NCBI GenBank assembly: GCA_017623685.1
Contig: JAGAOP010000016.1
Coordinates: forward strand, 2,006 to 66,005
Length of the DNA stretch: 64,000 bases
Source: Spirochaetaceae bacterium
GTDB taxonomy: Bacteria; Spirochaetota; Spirochaetia; Treponematales; Treponemataceae
Reading direction: 5' to 3'
Below the pieces are notes generated by a model. That model was not told the DNA's origin. It was given only the letters and a program-made list of their open reading frames with translations, and did not search any database. This document shows positions 8,982-19,600 of this stretch, piece after piece; position 1 is the stretch's first letter; every line of letters begins with the position of its first letter. A program made the translations under genes and the position numbers.

Positions 8982-10067
8982 ATGAAACGAGTTATATTTT
9001 TTTCTTTATTGATTTTTTGTGTTGCTTCAGTTTTTGCTCAAAGTACTGATTTACAACCATTGGCAACCATTAATATCACTAAAACAGAATCTATTACACT
9101 TATGCAATTAAAACAAAGAGTAGAATCTTATAAATTGCAAACAGGACTAACTTCTTTTACAGTTGATCAAAAGAAAGAAATTCTAGATGGTATGATTAAC
9201 GAAAAACTTATTGTTCAAGCAGCACAAAAATCTGGAATTTCATTAACAGATGCCCAAGTTAATGAATTTTTCTTGGACAATATGCAAAAACAGTTAGGTC
9301 AGCCTCTTACAGAAGCTCAACTTTCACAGTTGGTTAAAGAACAAACAGGATTGAGTTTGGATGAATACATTCAAAACCAAGTCGGAATGAACCTTAAAGA
9401 ATACAAATCATATCTTAAAAACCAGCTAATTGCTCAGCAGTATATCTTAAATACAAAAAAAGATGAAATTATGGCAGCTTCAATGCCTACCGACGAAGAA
9501 ATTCGTAGCTATTACGAACTTAAAAAAAGTGCTTTCTTCCAAAGTGATATTCTAAAATTATTTTTAGTTATTGTTCCTAAAAATAATGATGAAAAAGCAG
9601 CACGCAAAAAGGCTACAACTTTATTAGAAGAATTAAAAAGCAACAAAACTTCTCCGGACAAGCTTAAAATCTTACAGCAAACAGATAACTCCTTTCAGGC
9701 TGGCGACATTTTCATTAGCAAAACTGAACAAGCCGCTATGCAACTAGGTATTAATTACAAAGGTCTTATGGAATTATTCACCAAAAACGTAGGCCATTAT
9801 TCTGAGCTAAGTTCAACTGCTACAGATTTTCAATTTTATATCATTAGAGATAAATACGATGCAAAACTTCTTACTCTAAGCGATGTAATTCAACCTGATT
9901 CAACAACCACTGTTTATGAATTTATAAAACTAAATCTTGCACAACAAAAACAAGCTCAAAATATGTCAAAAGCAGTTGAAGATGTAACAAAAAATCTTCG
10001 TGTAGCAGAAAACTACAAAATGCTTAAGAGTGGTAGTGCTTTAGATAAACTCTTGGAGAATTGGTAA
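8982..10067 (+). CDS. SurA-like periplasmic chaperone/PPIase
   Basis: Signal peptide; SurA N-domain pattern ILDGMINEKLIVQAAQKSGISLTDAQV and PTDEEIRSYYE. Confidence 0.75.
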   Translation: MKRVIFFSLLIFCVASVFAQSTDLQPLATINITKTESITLMQLKQRVESYKLQTGLTSFTVDQKKEILDGMINEKLIVQAAQKSGISLTDAQVNEFFLDNMQKQLGQPLTEAQLSQLVKEQTGLSLDEYIQNQVGMNLKEYKSYLKNQLIAQQYILNTKKDEIMAASMPTDEEIRSYYELKKSAFFQSDILKLFLVIVPKNNDEKAARKKATTLLEELKSNKTSPDKLKILQQTDNSFQAGDIFISKTEQAAMQLGINYKGLMELFTKNVGHYSELSSTATDFQFYIIRDKYDAKLLTLSDVIQPDSTTTVYEFIKLNLAQQKQAQNMSKAVEDVTKNLRVAENYKMLKSGSALDKLLENW

Positions 10068-10072
10068 GGCTT

Positions 10073-10513
10073 GTGGCACGTAGAAAAGGAAGAATCCTAG
10101 CATTTCAAGCATTATTTTCTTGGGATATGGGCAATGTACCTGTAGAAGAATTATTGACCTTTCCTTGGGCACCCCCCCTTGACTCATCTAATGGTAAAGA
10201 AGGAGGCGACAATGATTCTTCCCAAGAAACAGCAGTTTTTGCAAAACTTTTAGTAGTAGGAACAGTTGAACACATTGATGAAATCGACGCCTTAATTAAG
10301 CAACACTTGGATTCTTGGGATTTTGAAAGAATTAACAAGGTTGACCTAGCAATTTTAAGAATTAGTGTTTATTCCATGCTTTATCAGTTGGATATTCACC
10401 CTACTATTGTTATTAACGAAGCCATAGATATTTCAAAGGATTTTGGTCCTGGAGATTCATTCAAATTCGTGAATGCAGTTTTAGACAATATAAGAAAAGA
10501 AAAAAATCTATAG
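10073..10513 (+). CDS. nusB: Transcription antitermination factor NusB
   Basis: RRKGRILAFQALF, WDFERINKVDLAILR, INEAIDISKDF, FVNAVLD; GTG start at 10073. Confidence 0.95.
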   Translation: MARRKGRILAFQALFSWDMGNVPVEELLTFPWAPPLDSSNGKEGGDNDSSQETAVFAKLLVVGTVEHIDEIDALIKQHLDSWDFERINKVDLAILRISVYSMLYQLDIHPTIVINEAIDISKDFGPGDSFKFVNAVLDNIRKEKNL

Positions 10514-10523
10514 GAAGAATTAA

Positions 10524-12278
10524 ATGAAAGCACAAAAAATATTACAGATTTGCATAGCATTTCTCTGTTTTTTGTGCTTTATTTCTTGTGGAAACAAATC
10601 ACAGGAACAATCCTTTACTTCTAAATTAGATAGTGTTGATAATTTTATCTCTGTAGGAGATTACAAATCTGCCACAAATTTACTGAAAAAAACTGCAAAA
10701 CAAGCAAAAAATCCCATGGATCAAATCGGTGTATACAGAAGATATATCCAGTTGGGAAACATTCAAGATGCAGAAAAATGTCTAAAGCAAGGATTAAAGG
10801 ATTTCCCCCAAAACAATGAACTTTTAGCCGTTTATACATGGTTTTTGCATAATCAAAATCGCACCATAGAAGCATACCAATTAGCTGAAAAACTTACAGA
10901 TACACCTTATCAATCAATTTTAGCAGAATTCAAACTGCAACAAGCAGTAACGCAAGACGTTACAGATTTTCTTTCAAAAGATTATGCTCCGATTTACGCA
11001 AGTGCTTATATTTCAACAAAAGATGAAGCTTGGCTAACAAATGCAGCTATAGTTACCGTTTTAGAAGGTCAATATCAAGAAGCCTATAATTTTCAACCAA
11101 AAGACAATGTTAAAAACCCATACTTTTGGGCATGCATTTCCTATGACTCAAAAAGATACAATTCAGCCATAGAACATTTGCAAAATCAAAGTTCCATAGA
11201 TTCCCAACTTTTACTAGCAGATACTTACAGTATTCTAAAAGAATTTTCTGCAGCAGAAAACATTCGCCAAAAGTTGATTACTCAAGAAACCACAGATCAA
11301 AAATTACCTCCACAAATATACTACAATGTGGCAAAATATGCAAAAGATAATAATAATTGGAATCAAGAATATGAATATCTTAATATTTTAACTGAAAAAT
11401 ACCCAGAATATTTACCTGGGGTTAATTTATATGCCGACTTTGCTATTCGCTGTCTTGATATTCCACAAGAAGATATTCTTGCAAAGGAATTGCGTCAAAC
11501 TAATTTCAGATCAGCCAGTATGAAAGAATACGATAAAATAGCCAGATTGTCCCTTGACCAAGCCTTTGCGGTACTAGAAAAAGCAAAAGAATTGGATGAA
11601 ACAAGTCAGGCAGCTGCTTTATTATTTCTTTTTGAAAACGACAATAAAGTTGTGCCACAAAAGCTACCTGAAGAAAAAATAGCACAACTTTGGCTTTTGA
11701 TAGAAGAATATTCTTTAGGTCAAGCTTGCCCAGAACCATTATTAAAAGTTGCTGTTCCATTTTTACTACAACAAGACAAAATTGCTGATGCAAAAAAATT
11801 ATTTGATATTTACCTAGCTCAAACTTATGGCTCCAGTTCTTATCCAGAAGTTATAGAAAAAATGTCTCCAGAAGAATGTACTTACGCTGCATATTTTTCT
11901 GCAACAGAAGAAAACCCAAATTTTCCCCTTGCCCTTTACATTTACGAATTGCTACTACGGGATAAAACAGAAATAAACCAAAATCTTGCAGAATTAGCCA
12001 CATATCAAATTGATGTTTCAACAATAATTAATATGGCTGAATTATTTGCAGGTAGTCGTCAAACAAAAAAAGCAAAAGAAATGTACAGCATGGCAATAGG
12101 AATTGCAAAGGATTCTACATCTAAAGCTGATATCATGTATCGTATGGCAAACCTTCAGTATATAACAGGTGATTTTACAGGTGCAGAAGTTTCTCTTGAT
12201 TACTGTTTATCCATTGTTCCAGACCATGGAAAAGCTAGAATTCTTCAAAATAAAATAGCTACTTCTTCAATAAAATAA
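10524..12278 (+). CDS. TPR-repeat lipoprotein
   Basis: Lipobox FISC; helical TPR-like repeats such as YRMANLQYITGDFTGAEVSLDYCLSIVPDH. Confidence 0.75.
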   Translation: MKAQKILQICIAFLCFLCFISCGNKSQEQSFTSKLDSVDNFISVGDYKSATNLLKKTAKQAKNPMDQIGVYRRYIQLGNIQDAEKCLKQGLKDFPQNNELLAVYTWFLHNQNRTIEAYQLAEKLTDTPYQSILAEFKLQQAVTQDVTDFLSKDYAPIYASAYISTKDEAWLTNAAIVTVLEGQYQEAYNFQPKDNVKNPYFWACISYDSKRYNSAIEHLQNQSSIDSQLLLADTYSILKEFSAAENIRQKLITQETTDQKLPPQIYYNVAKYAKDNNNWNQEYEYLNILTEKYPEYLPGVNLYADFAIRCLDIPQEDILAKELRQTNFRSASMKEYDKIARLSLDQAFAVLEKAKELDETSQAAALLFLFENDNKVVPQKLPEEKIAQLWLLIEEYSLGQACPEPLLKVAVPFLLQQDKIADAKKLFDIYLAQTYGSSSYPEVIEKMSPEECTYAAYFSATEENPNFPLALYIYELLLRDKTEINQNLAELATYQIDVSTIINMAELFAGSRQTKKAKEMYSMAIGIAKDSTSKADIMYRMANLQYITGDFTGAEVSLDYCLSIVPDHGKARILQNKIATSSIK

Positions 12279-12307
12279 AAAAGCCGGAAACCAAACTAGT
12301 TCCCGGC
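12277..12307 (-). terminator. Intrinsic terminator (groES)
   Basis: gccggaaac / gttcccggc stem with an A6 run that reads as a U-tract on the minus strand. Confidence 0.75.
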
Positions 12308-12328
12308 AAATAAAAGCATAAACTTCAA

Positions 12329-12595
12329 TTAATCGATTATTGCAATAATGTCGTCTGCTTTTAGAATTAGATGCTCTTCACCGTCAATTTTTATAGCTGT
12401 ACCAGCATATTTGTCGTACATAACACGATCACCAGCAGCAACCTTTATTTTTTCTTTGTCATCACCAATGGCAACAACGGTGGCAGTCTGGGTTTTTTCC
12501 TGTGCGGTTTCAGGAATGATAATTCCACTGGCTGTTTTAGCTTCAGTTTTTTCTGTTTTAACTAAAACACGATCAGCCAAAGGTCTTACTTTCAT
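12329..12595 (-). CDS. groES: Co-chaperonin GroES (monocistronic, no groEL adjacent)
   Basis: MKVRPLADRVLV, TASGIIIPETAQEK, YDKYAGT; SD GGAGG. Confidence 0.97.
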   Translation of the reverse strand: MKVRPLADRVLVKTEKTEAKTASGIIIPETAQEKTQTATVVAIGDDKEKIKVAAGDRVMYDKYAGTAIKIDGEEHLILKADDIIAIID

Positions 12596-12630
12596 AAAAT
12601 TCCTCCATATGGTGTATAATTCTACTATAA

Positions 12631-12659
12631 AATATAAAGATGAAACTAATATTCGTCAA
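12631..12659 (-). promoter_or_regulatory. Sigma70 promoter of groES
   Basis: TTGACG-N17-TATATT. Confidence 0.75.
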
Positions 12660-12702
12660 GGAAAAAACGAAAATATTTTCTTGATATTTCTCTAGAAAAA
12701 AC

Positions 12703-12759
12703 TGTGTCAAAAATACTCGCTATTTGTTCATAAAAAAAACACTGTATCATTTTTACTCA
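12703..12759. promoter_or_regulatory. Two tandem 17-bp candidate enhancer (bEBP UAS) sites
   Basis: TGTGTCAAAAATACTCG (12703-12719) and TGTATCATTTTTACTCA (12743-12759), 40 bp apart, upstream of the -24/-12 element. Confidence 0.5.
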
Positions 12760-12898
12760 CTTTTAAATATTAAACAAAAAAACTTATTTCCTGCAAAGCT
12801 TTTTATAAAAAACAACCTATAACACTAACTCTTTATATTATAAGTACTTAAAATCAATAATTTCATTTATTTTGTTTTTTTATAAAAAATCTGAAAGT

Positions 12899-12914
12899 TG
12901 GCATATATTTTGCA
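12899..12914 (+). promoter_or_regulatory. Sigma54 (RpoN) -24/-12 promoter
   Basis: TGGCATATATTTTGCA = GG-N10-GC, close to consensus TGGCACG-N4-TTGCW; 32 nt before the sigma factor ATG. Confidence 0.8.
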
Positions 12915-12946
12915 TATAAATAATAAACACATATAAGGGGATTTAC

Positions 12947-13810
12947 ATGGTATCAAAAAATAATAAACAAACTTCTTCTCAAGAAAACATCGTTGCTATG
13001 TATTTAAAAGACATTACAAAGATTCCTCTATTAACTCCAGAAGAAGAAACAGAACTTGCTCTTTTAGCTGCAAAAGGCGATATTCTAGCTAGAAATAAAA
13101 TTGTAAATGCAAATCTTCGCTTCGTTGTTAATGTTGCAAAAAAATACCAAAACAGAGGATTGGAAATAGAAGAACTAATTAGCGAAGGAAATATTGGTTT
13201 GCTAATTGCCATTGAGCACTTTGATGTTTCAAAAGGTTATCGTTTTATTTCTTACGCTGTATGGTGGATTCGTCAAACTATCCTAAAAGCTATTTACGAA
13301 AAAACAAGAACTGTTCGCCTCCCAATGAACAAAGTGAATGAACTAATCGAAATTGAACGATGTCGCAAAAATGTTGCAACAGAAAACCCAGAAGCCGATG
13401 AGATTAAAGAAGTTGCACGTATATTAGGACTTACTGCTTCTCATGTAAACGAAATGTTAAATATTTCAAAAGAAATGATTTCTTTAGATGCTCCAATTTC
13501 TAATCCAAAATCAGAGGGTGCAAATATTTCTGATATGATAGAAGAAACACGCTACGATACTCCAGAAAACGAAGCTATAAACAAATGTTTAAAAGAAGAT
13601 ATCGATGAAGTACTAGCTTCTCTTTCCGAAAAAGAAGCTTCCATTTTACGATACCGATATGGCCTAAATGGAAATAAATCAATGTCATTAAAAGAAATTG
13701 GATACAAATTCAACCTAACAAAAGAAAGAATTAGGCAAATTGAAAAGAAAGCAATAAACAGATTACAAAATTCGCCTAAAACAAATCATTTATCCGCCTA
13801 TGTTGCTTAG
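12947..13810 (+). CDS. Sigma70-family factor lacking region 1.1 (RpoS-like/alternative RpoD-SigA family)
   Basis: Region 1.2 YLKDITKIPLLTPEEE; region 2 NLRFVVNVAKKY...GYRFISYAVWWIRQ; region 4 SLKEIG...TKERIRQIE; 287 aa. Confidence 0.92.
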   Translation: MVSKNNKQTSSQENIVAMYLKDITKIPLLTPEEETELALLAAKGDILARNKIVNANLRFVVNVAKKYQNRGLEIEELISEGNIGLLIAIEHFDVSKGYRFISYAVWWIRQTILKAIYEKTRTVRLPMNKVNELIEIERCRKNVATENPEADEIKEVARILGLTASHVNEMLNISKEMISLDAPISNPKSEGANISDMIEETRYDTPENEAINKCLKEDIDEVLASLSEKEASILRYRYGLNGNKSMSLKEIGYKFNLTKERIRQIEKKAINRLQNSPKTNHLSAYVA

Positions 13811-15999
13811 TCAGCCTTTGACAACTGAATAAAAGCATCTATTCGGGCAAGTTCAAGCAGTTGGGAATCTCGAAGAGGATCTGCAATTCCCAAAGTTAGA
13901 TATCCCGACTGCTGAATACCTGTCACCTCTCCGGGACCACGAAGTTTCAAATCTTGCTCGGCTATAACAAAACCATCTGAAGTTTCTCGCAAAACTTTCA
14001 TCCTTTCTTTGCCTAAAGAAGTTAAGTTGTTTCCATAAATTAAAAAACAATGGGACTGAGCTGTTCCTCGACCAACACGACCTCTAAGTTGGTGTAAAGC
14101 GGATAAACCAAATCGTTCTGCATGTTCAATAACCATACAAGTAGCATTAGGCACATCTACCCCAACTTCTACAACAGTTGTAGCAACTAAAATTTGAATC
14201 TTACCAGTACGAAAATCCTCTAGAATTTGAACTTGATCCTGCTCTTCTGTCCTAGAGTGAATTAATGCTAATCTAAAATCAGAATAAACTTGTTGGCTTA
14301 AAAAAATAAACATTTCTTCCGCAGACTTTAATTTTGAACCATGTACGCCTTGTCCAGTTGGACTTTGTATTTCCAAACCGTCTTTTTCTTCAAAAAATTC
14401 ACCCTCTTCAATTCGAGGATAAACAAAATATGCTTGGTGACCAGATTTTATTTCCTTTCGCACAAATTCGTATACGTTTGCTTCGTTACCCATCCGAGTT
14501 AAATAAGTTTTTATAGGCAACCTTCCATTTGGCATTGTTTTTATGATAGAAATATCTAAATCACCAAATACTGTAAGAGCCAAAGTTCTGGGTATTGGAG
14601 TGGCACTTAGCATTAAAAGAGAAGGAACCATATATAAGTTAGGATTTGTTGGACAAGGCCTTCTTCCTTTTTCTAGAATAGCATTTCTTTGCAATACACC
14701 AAATCTATGCTGCTCATCTACAATTACAAGTTTAAGATTTTTATATTGCACATTTCTAGAAAAAAGAGCATGAGTTCCAATCAATATATCAACTTCACCT
14801 TCTTTTAAGGCTTTTAGTAAGGGACCTCTGCCTGAGTTTTTTATGTTTCCTGTTAAAAAAGCCAACCTAACTCCTATAGACTCCAGTTGCTTTGCTGCAT
14901 TTTCCGCATGTTGCCTAGAAAGCAATTCAGTGGGAGCCATAATTGCACATTGGCCACCATGGTCTACTATCCACAGACACGCAAAAAATGCAACCAAAGT
15001 TTTTCCAGAACCCACATCTCCTTGTATTAGACGAGCCATATTAAATAAGGATGTTTTTTCTGCTGCTAGAGCCACAGTTTTTTCAGTTTTAGAAAGATCT
15101 ATATTTATTTGCAAAATACATTTTTTTTGATCTTCGGTTAATTCATAGGGCAATCTTTCTAGTAAAGCTTTTTGCCTTTCAGTTAAAGAAGCAATAAATG
15201 AATTTTGGATTTCTTCTGGAGCAAATTGTTCTTGGCTTTCTGTAAAATCAATATCTGGCAATCGTCCCTTATGTTCTAGGGCTCTAGCACCTATTGCCAA
15301 CTGAAAATGAAATAATTCTTCGTAAATAAGGGTGCGTTTGGCATCTAAGGCTTGTTGCAAAGTTTTAGGACAATGGATACCCCAAATTGCTTCTTGTTTG
15401 TGTAATAGTTGCCTTTTTACAATTAAGTCTAAAGGAATTTCGTTTTCTATGCCTCGACCATATTCTTTAAGAGCTTTTGCCATAACCTTACGTATATAAG
15501 CATTTGTTATCCCTGCTGTCAAAGAATAAATGGGTAAAACTGCAGAACCAGGAACTATTGTTCCTTTATAATTTTCAAGAGAATCATCTTTGTCTAATAA
15601 TTCAACTTCAAAACTAGTACTTTGTAAATGCCCATATTTAATTGAAAAATGACCTGTAATGGCAACAATCGAACCTACAGGCAAGGATTTTTCCAAAAAA
15701 GGTCGATTGAACGCCACAAGTTCCCCAGATGCAGTTCCGTCGGTTATAGTAATTTTCAAGGTTCTCATAGACCCAAAACCAAACCAAGTATGACCAATTA
15801 CTTGCGCAACAGTATGTACTTTTGAAGTACAAGCATATTCAGATAAGGTAACACGGCGAGTTCTGTCTTCCCAATCTTTAGGGTAATAGGTCAACAAATC
15901 CGCCACAGTAAAAATTCCAAGATTTGCAAAAAGTTTTGCTTTAGCAGGACCCACCCCAGAAAGAGAGGAAATAGGGGTTTCAATTTCTGAAAGTTTCAT
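13807..15999 (-). CDS. recG: ATP-dependent DNA helicase RecG
   Basis: IQGDVGSGKT, MAPTELL, VDEQHRFG, SATPIPRT, LHQLRGRVGRG, DLKLRGPGE. Confidence 0.97.
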   Translation of the reverse strand: MKLSEIETPISSLSGVGPAKAKLFANLGIFTVADLLTYYPKDWEDRTRRVTLSEYACTSKVHTVAQVIGHTWFGFGSMRTLKITITDGTASGELVAFNRPFLEKSLPVGSIVAITGHFSIKYGHLQSTSFEVELLDKDDSLENYKGTIVPGSAVLPIYSLTAGITNAYIRKVMAKALKEYGRGIENEIPLDLIVKRQLLHKQEAIWGIHCPKTLQQALDAKRTLIYEELFHFQLAIGARALEHKGRLPDIDFTESQEQFAPEEIQNSFIASLTERQKALLERLPYELTEDQKKCILQINIDLSKTEKTVALAAEKTSLFNMARLIQGDVGSGKTLVAFFACLWIVDHGGQCAIMAPTELLSRQHAENAAKQLESIGVRLAFLTGNIKNSGRGPLLKALKEGEVDILIGTHALFSRNVQYKNLKLVIVDEQHRFGVLQRNAILEKGRRPCPTNPNLYMVPSLLMLSATPIPRTLALTVFGDLDISIIKTMPNGRLPIKTYLTRMGNEANVYEFVRKEIKSGHQAYFVYPRIEEGEFFEEKDGLEIQSPTGQGVHGSKLKSAEEMFIFLSQQVYSDFRLALIHSRTEEQDQVQILEDFRTGKIQILVATTVVEVGVDVPNATCMVIEHAERFGLSALHQLRGRVGRGTAQSHCFLIYGNNLTSLGKERMKVLRETSDGFVIAEQDLKLRGPGEVTGIQQSGYLTLGIADPLRDSQLLELARIDAFIQLSKAD

Positions 16000-16020
16000 T
16001 AGTCACCGCCAAATTTCCGT

Positions 16021-16611
16021 CTAAATAGGAAGTTTATATAAAAGAACAACCACAACTCGTAAAAGAAAATCTGCAAGAAGTTTAAAAACGATAAGAACCA
16101 CAATTCCAATAATATATGCTTTTTTTTGAGTCATAAATTGTTTTTTTTGAGAAGAAAACCAAGAAGAAATTTTATAAGCCATGGGGTTAAAAACTGAATC
16201 AAACCCATGCCAAAAGACGGATGGTCTCCCTGATTCAAAAAGTAAAACAATTAGACGAATAATCATTAAAACAATTATTAAAGATAATACAGAAGAAACA
16301 ATCGACCATAGCATAGAAATGATTGCTGCTAAAATCCCCCCAACAGTTATGCGTTGTTGCAGTGCAATGGATTTTAACAAAGATGAAACAATTACAATTA
16401 CTCCCATTCCAATTGCTGGGCTAAAATCCATATATCCTATGCGAAAAAATTTAATATTCCTAAAAATATTCAAATAAGGGTCGCAAATTTTTCCTAAAAA
16501 TAAGGTAAATTTATTATAGTTCATCGACGGAACCCAGGTTAAAATAATTCGTATAAAACACAAAACCCCATAAATTGAAACAATATTAGATAGTAATAAT
16601 AAAATACCCAA
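16021..16611 (-). CDS. yggT: YggT family membrane protein
   Basis: IRIILTWVP...ICDPYLNIFR...DFSPAIG with a duplicated hydrophobic unit; TTG start with SD AAGGAG. Confidence 0.85.
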   Translation of the reverse strand: MGILLLLSNIVSIYGVLCFIRIILTWVPSMNYNKFTLFLGKICDPYLNIFRNIKFFRIGYMDFSPAIGMGVIVIVSSLLKSIALQQRITVGGILAAIISMLWSIVSSVLSLIIVLMIIRLIVLLFESGRPSVFWHGFDSVFNPMAYKISSWFSSQKKQFMTQKKAYIIGIVVLIVFKLLADFLLRVVVVLLYKLPI

Positions 16612-16645
16612 AATAACTCTCCTTAAATAAGGCTTCTTTCAAACC

Positions 16646-19600
16646 TTATTCTTTCCATACTGATATAACCAGAGGTTGTTGTTCCAACTCTGCAAGAAAG
16701 GAATCTGTGCAAGGAACTTTTATTTGTGAATTTGCACGAATAATATGAGTTCCTTGGTTAGTATCTATATGAAAATATACACAAGAATTACCTGAAGTGC
16801 CAAATAAAAAATCACGGATTGGGTAAATTTGTTCTTCCGATGCAAAATTCTTTTCTAATTGAATATGCACATCCCAATTCTGTTTAGATTTTAAATCTGA
16901 AATATTTTCAACCTTATCCACTAAAAAAGATACAGCTTCTTTTGAGTTATCAATTTTTCCTACCAAAGCAGTAAGCGTATCATTTTGAATCAAAGAGGAA
17001 ACATCTTTCCAAATTTTGGGGAAAAACACCAAGGGGATAGTTCCATTTAAATCCTCCAAAGTAGCAAATGCCATGGGTTTTCCCGACTTTGTAACTATAG
17101 GATTTAATTCTTTTAGCAACCCTATAATTTGATACTGTTTATCTGGCTGAGCTCTATCTAAATGCATTGATGAAATATTTGAACAAGTTTTTATTAGATT
17201 ACGATGTTCGTCCAAGGGATGCCCCGAAATATAACAACCGATACATTCTTGTTCCATTTCCAATCGTTCTAAAAAAGGGAATTCTTCCATCTGTTTGAAT
17301 TCAAAATCTGCAAATTCTTTTTCCCCAGAATCAAGGAACAGACTCACTTGGCCAAATTGTGTGCTTTCTAATTTTCGTTCCACATAGTTCATGGCCATTT
17401 CCATATTTACAGTTAAAGTAGCTCTGTTCTGTCCAAGTTTATCAAAAGCACCGGTTTTTACTAAAACTTCCACTGCTTTTTTGTTTACTTCATGAGAAGT
17501 GGTTCGCTCTAAAAAGTCAATAAAAGACTGATATGGCCCATTCTTTTTTCGCTCAGAAACAATATAATCTGCAGCTCCTTCGCCTAGACCCTTTATTCCC
17601 ATCAAACCAAATACAATTTTACCATCTACAACATCGAAAAACTTATCTGAACGATTTATATCCGGAGCTTCAATTTCTAGCCCCATAGCTCGCCCTTCTG
17701 CAATATACACAGGCAATTTATCTGTGGAGGAAATTTCGTTTGTTAAGTTGGCTGCAATAAATTCCGCAGGAAAGTTGGCTTTTAAATAAGCCGTACGATA
17801 GGCAACAACTGAATATGCTGCAGCGTGGCTTTTATTAAATCCGTATCCTGCAAAAGGAACCATTATGTTGAAAATTTCCCTGGCATGATCTGCAGAAAAA
17901 CCATTTTTTACCGCACCTTCAACAAATTTAGCTTCTTCTGCTACCATTACTTCGGGCTTTTTCTTTCCCATGGCACGACGTAGCATATCTGCACCGCCAA
18001 GACTGTAGCCGGCAATTCTTTGAGCAACTTGCATTACCTGTTCTTGGTAAACCATAACTCCATAGGTTTCTTCAAGAATATCCTTTAGGCAAGGGTCTGG
18101 ATATTTTATCTTTGACGGATTGAATTTTCCCTGAATAAAATCAGGAATATAGTCCATTGGTCCAGGACGATATAAAGCATTTAAAGCAATAAGATCTTCT
18201 ATTTTTTGTGGCTGTGCCTGTTTTAGTACTTTTTGCATACCTAAACTTTCAAACTGGAAAACAGCACTTGTTTGACCATTACAAAACAGTTTGAAGGTTT
18301 TTTCATCAGTTTCTGAAACAGTATTCACATCAAAATTTTCATAGCCTGGTTTTTTATGAATAAGCTGTTGGGCATGTTTTATTAAAGTTAATGTTTTTAA
18401 ACCAAGATAATCCATTTTCACAAGACCACAAGGCTCAATTATATCCATTGTATATTGCACAGCAACTTTACCAGTTTTAGAATCCTTGTATAAAGGAGCC
18501 CATTCCGAAAGCTGAGACTTTCCAATTACAATTCCAGAAGCGTGAAGACTTGTATTTCTATTTACATCTTCCAGTTTAAAACATAAATCAAACAATTTTT
18601 TGTATTTTGGGTCCTCTCGGTAAGGTGCCAACTGCCCAGAATTAGGTATTTTTTCGTTCACTTCAAATGCATCTTTTAGCGAAACCTTTGCTCCTTCTGG
18701 AACAAGTTTTGTAAGCATATTTACTTCACTAAGAGGAATATTTAAAACTCGTCCTACATCTTTAATAACAGCCTTGGCTTTTAAAGTTCCAAAAGTTACA
18801 ATATGCCCAACCTGTGGGTCTCCATATTTTCGGCGAGTGTATTCAATAACTTCTTGCCTTCCTTCAAAGCAAATATCCACATCAAAATCAGGCATAGAAA
18901 TTCGTTCAGGGTTAAGGAATCGTTCAAAAATTAAACTATAGCGAAGCGGGTCTATATCCGTTATTGCCATTGCATAGGCTACGATAGAACCTGCACCAGA
19001 ACCTCGACCTGGTCCAACAGGAATATCGTTTTGTTTAGCCCAGTTGATAAAATCCCAAACAATTAAAAAATAGCCAGAAAAACCCATCTGGAAAATTATA
19101 CCTAATTCATATTCTGCTCTTTGTCGAATTTCATCTGTAATCACCTGGTAACGTTTTTCCAAACCTGTATACACAAGATGTCTAACATATTCATCTTGAG
19201 TTTTAAATCCTGATGGAATCTGGTACACAGGTAAACAATCTTTTAACTGAGCTGTTGTATACTGGGGAATTGTAAGGTCACACATTTGTGCTATGCGATA
19301 AGTATTATCAATCATTTCCGGATATTCTGGAAACAGGGCAGCCATTTGCTCCCCTGTTTTCATATAAAATTCCGTACCATCAAATTTCATACGTTTTGGG
19401 TCATTTAATGTTTTTTTTGTTCCTATACACAGCAAAACATCTTGAGCTTCATAATCCTCTTGTAATACATAGTGAATATCATTGGTCACTACCATAGGAA
19501 TATTATGTTTTTTTGCTAAAGCAATAAGTTTTGGGGAAACACGTTTTTGTTCTTCTATCCCGTGATCTTGTAGCTCAATATAATAATTTTCTGCTCCAAA

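Noticed and set aside
12596-12760. CIRCE operator upstream of groES
   Set aside because: No TTAGCACTC-N9-GAGTGCTAA; the TACTC-containing repeats do not fit it.
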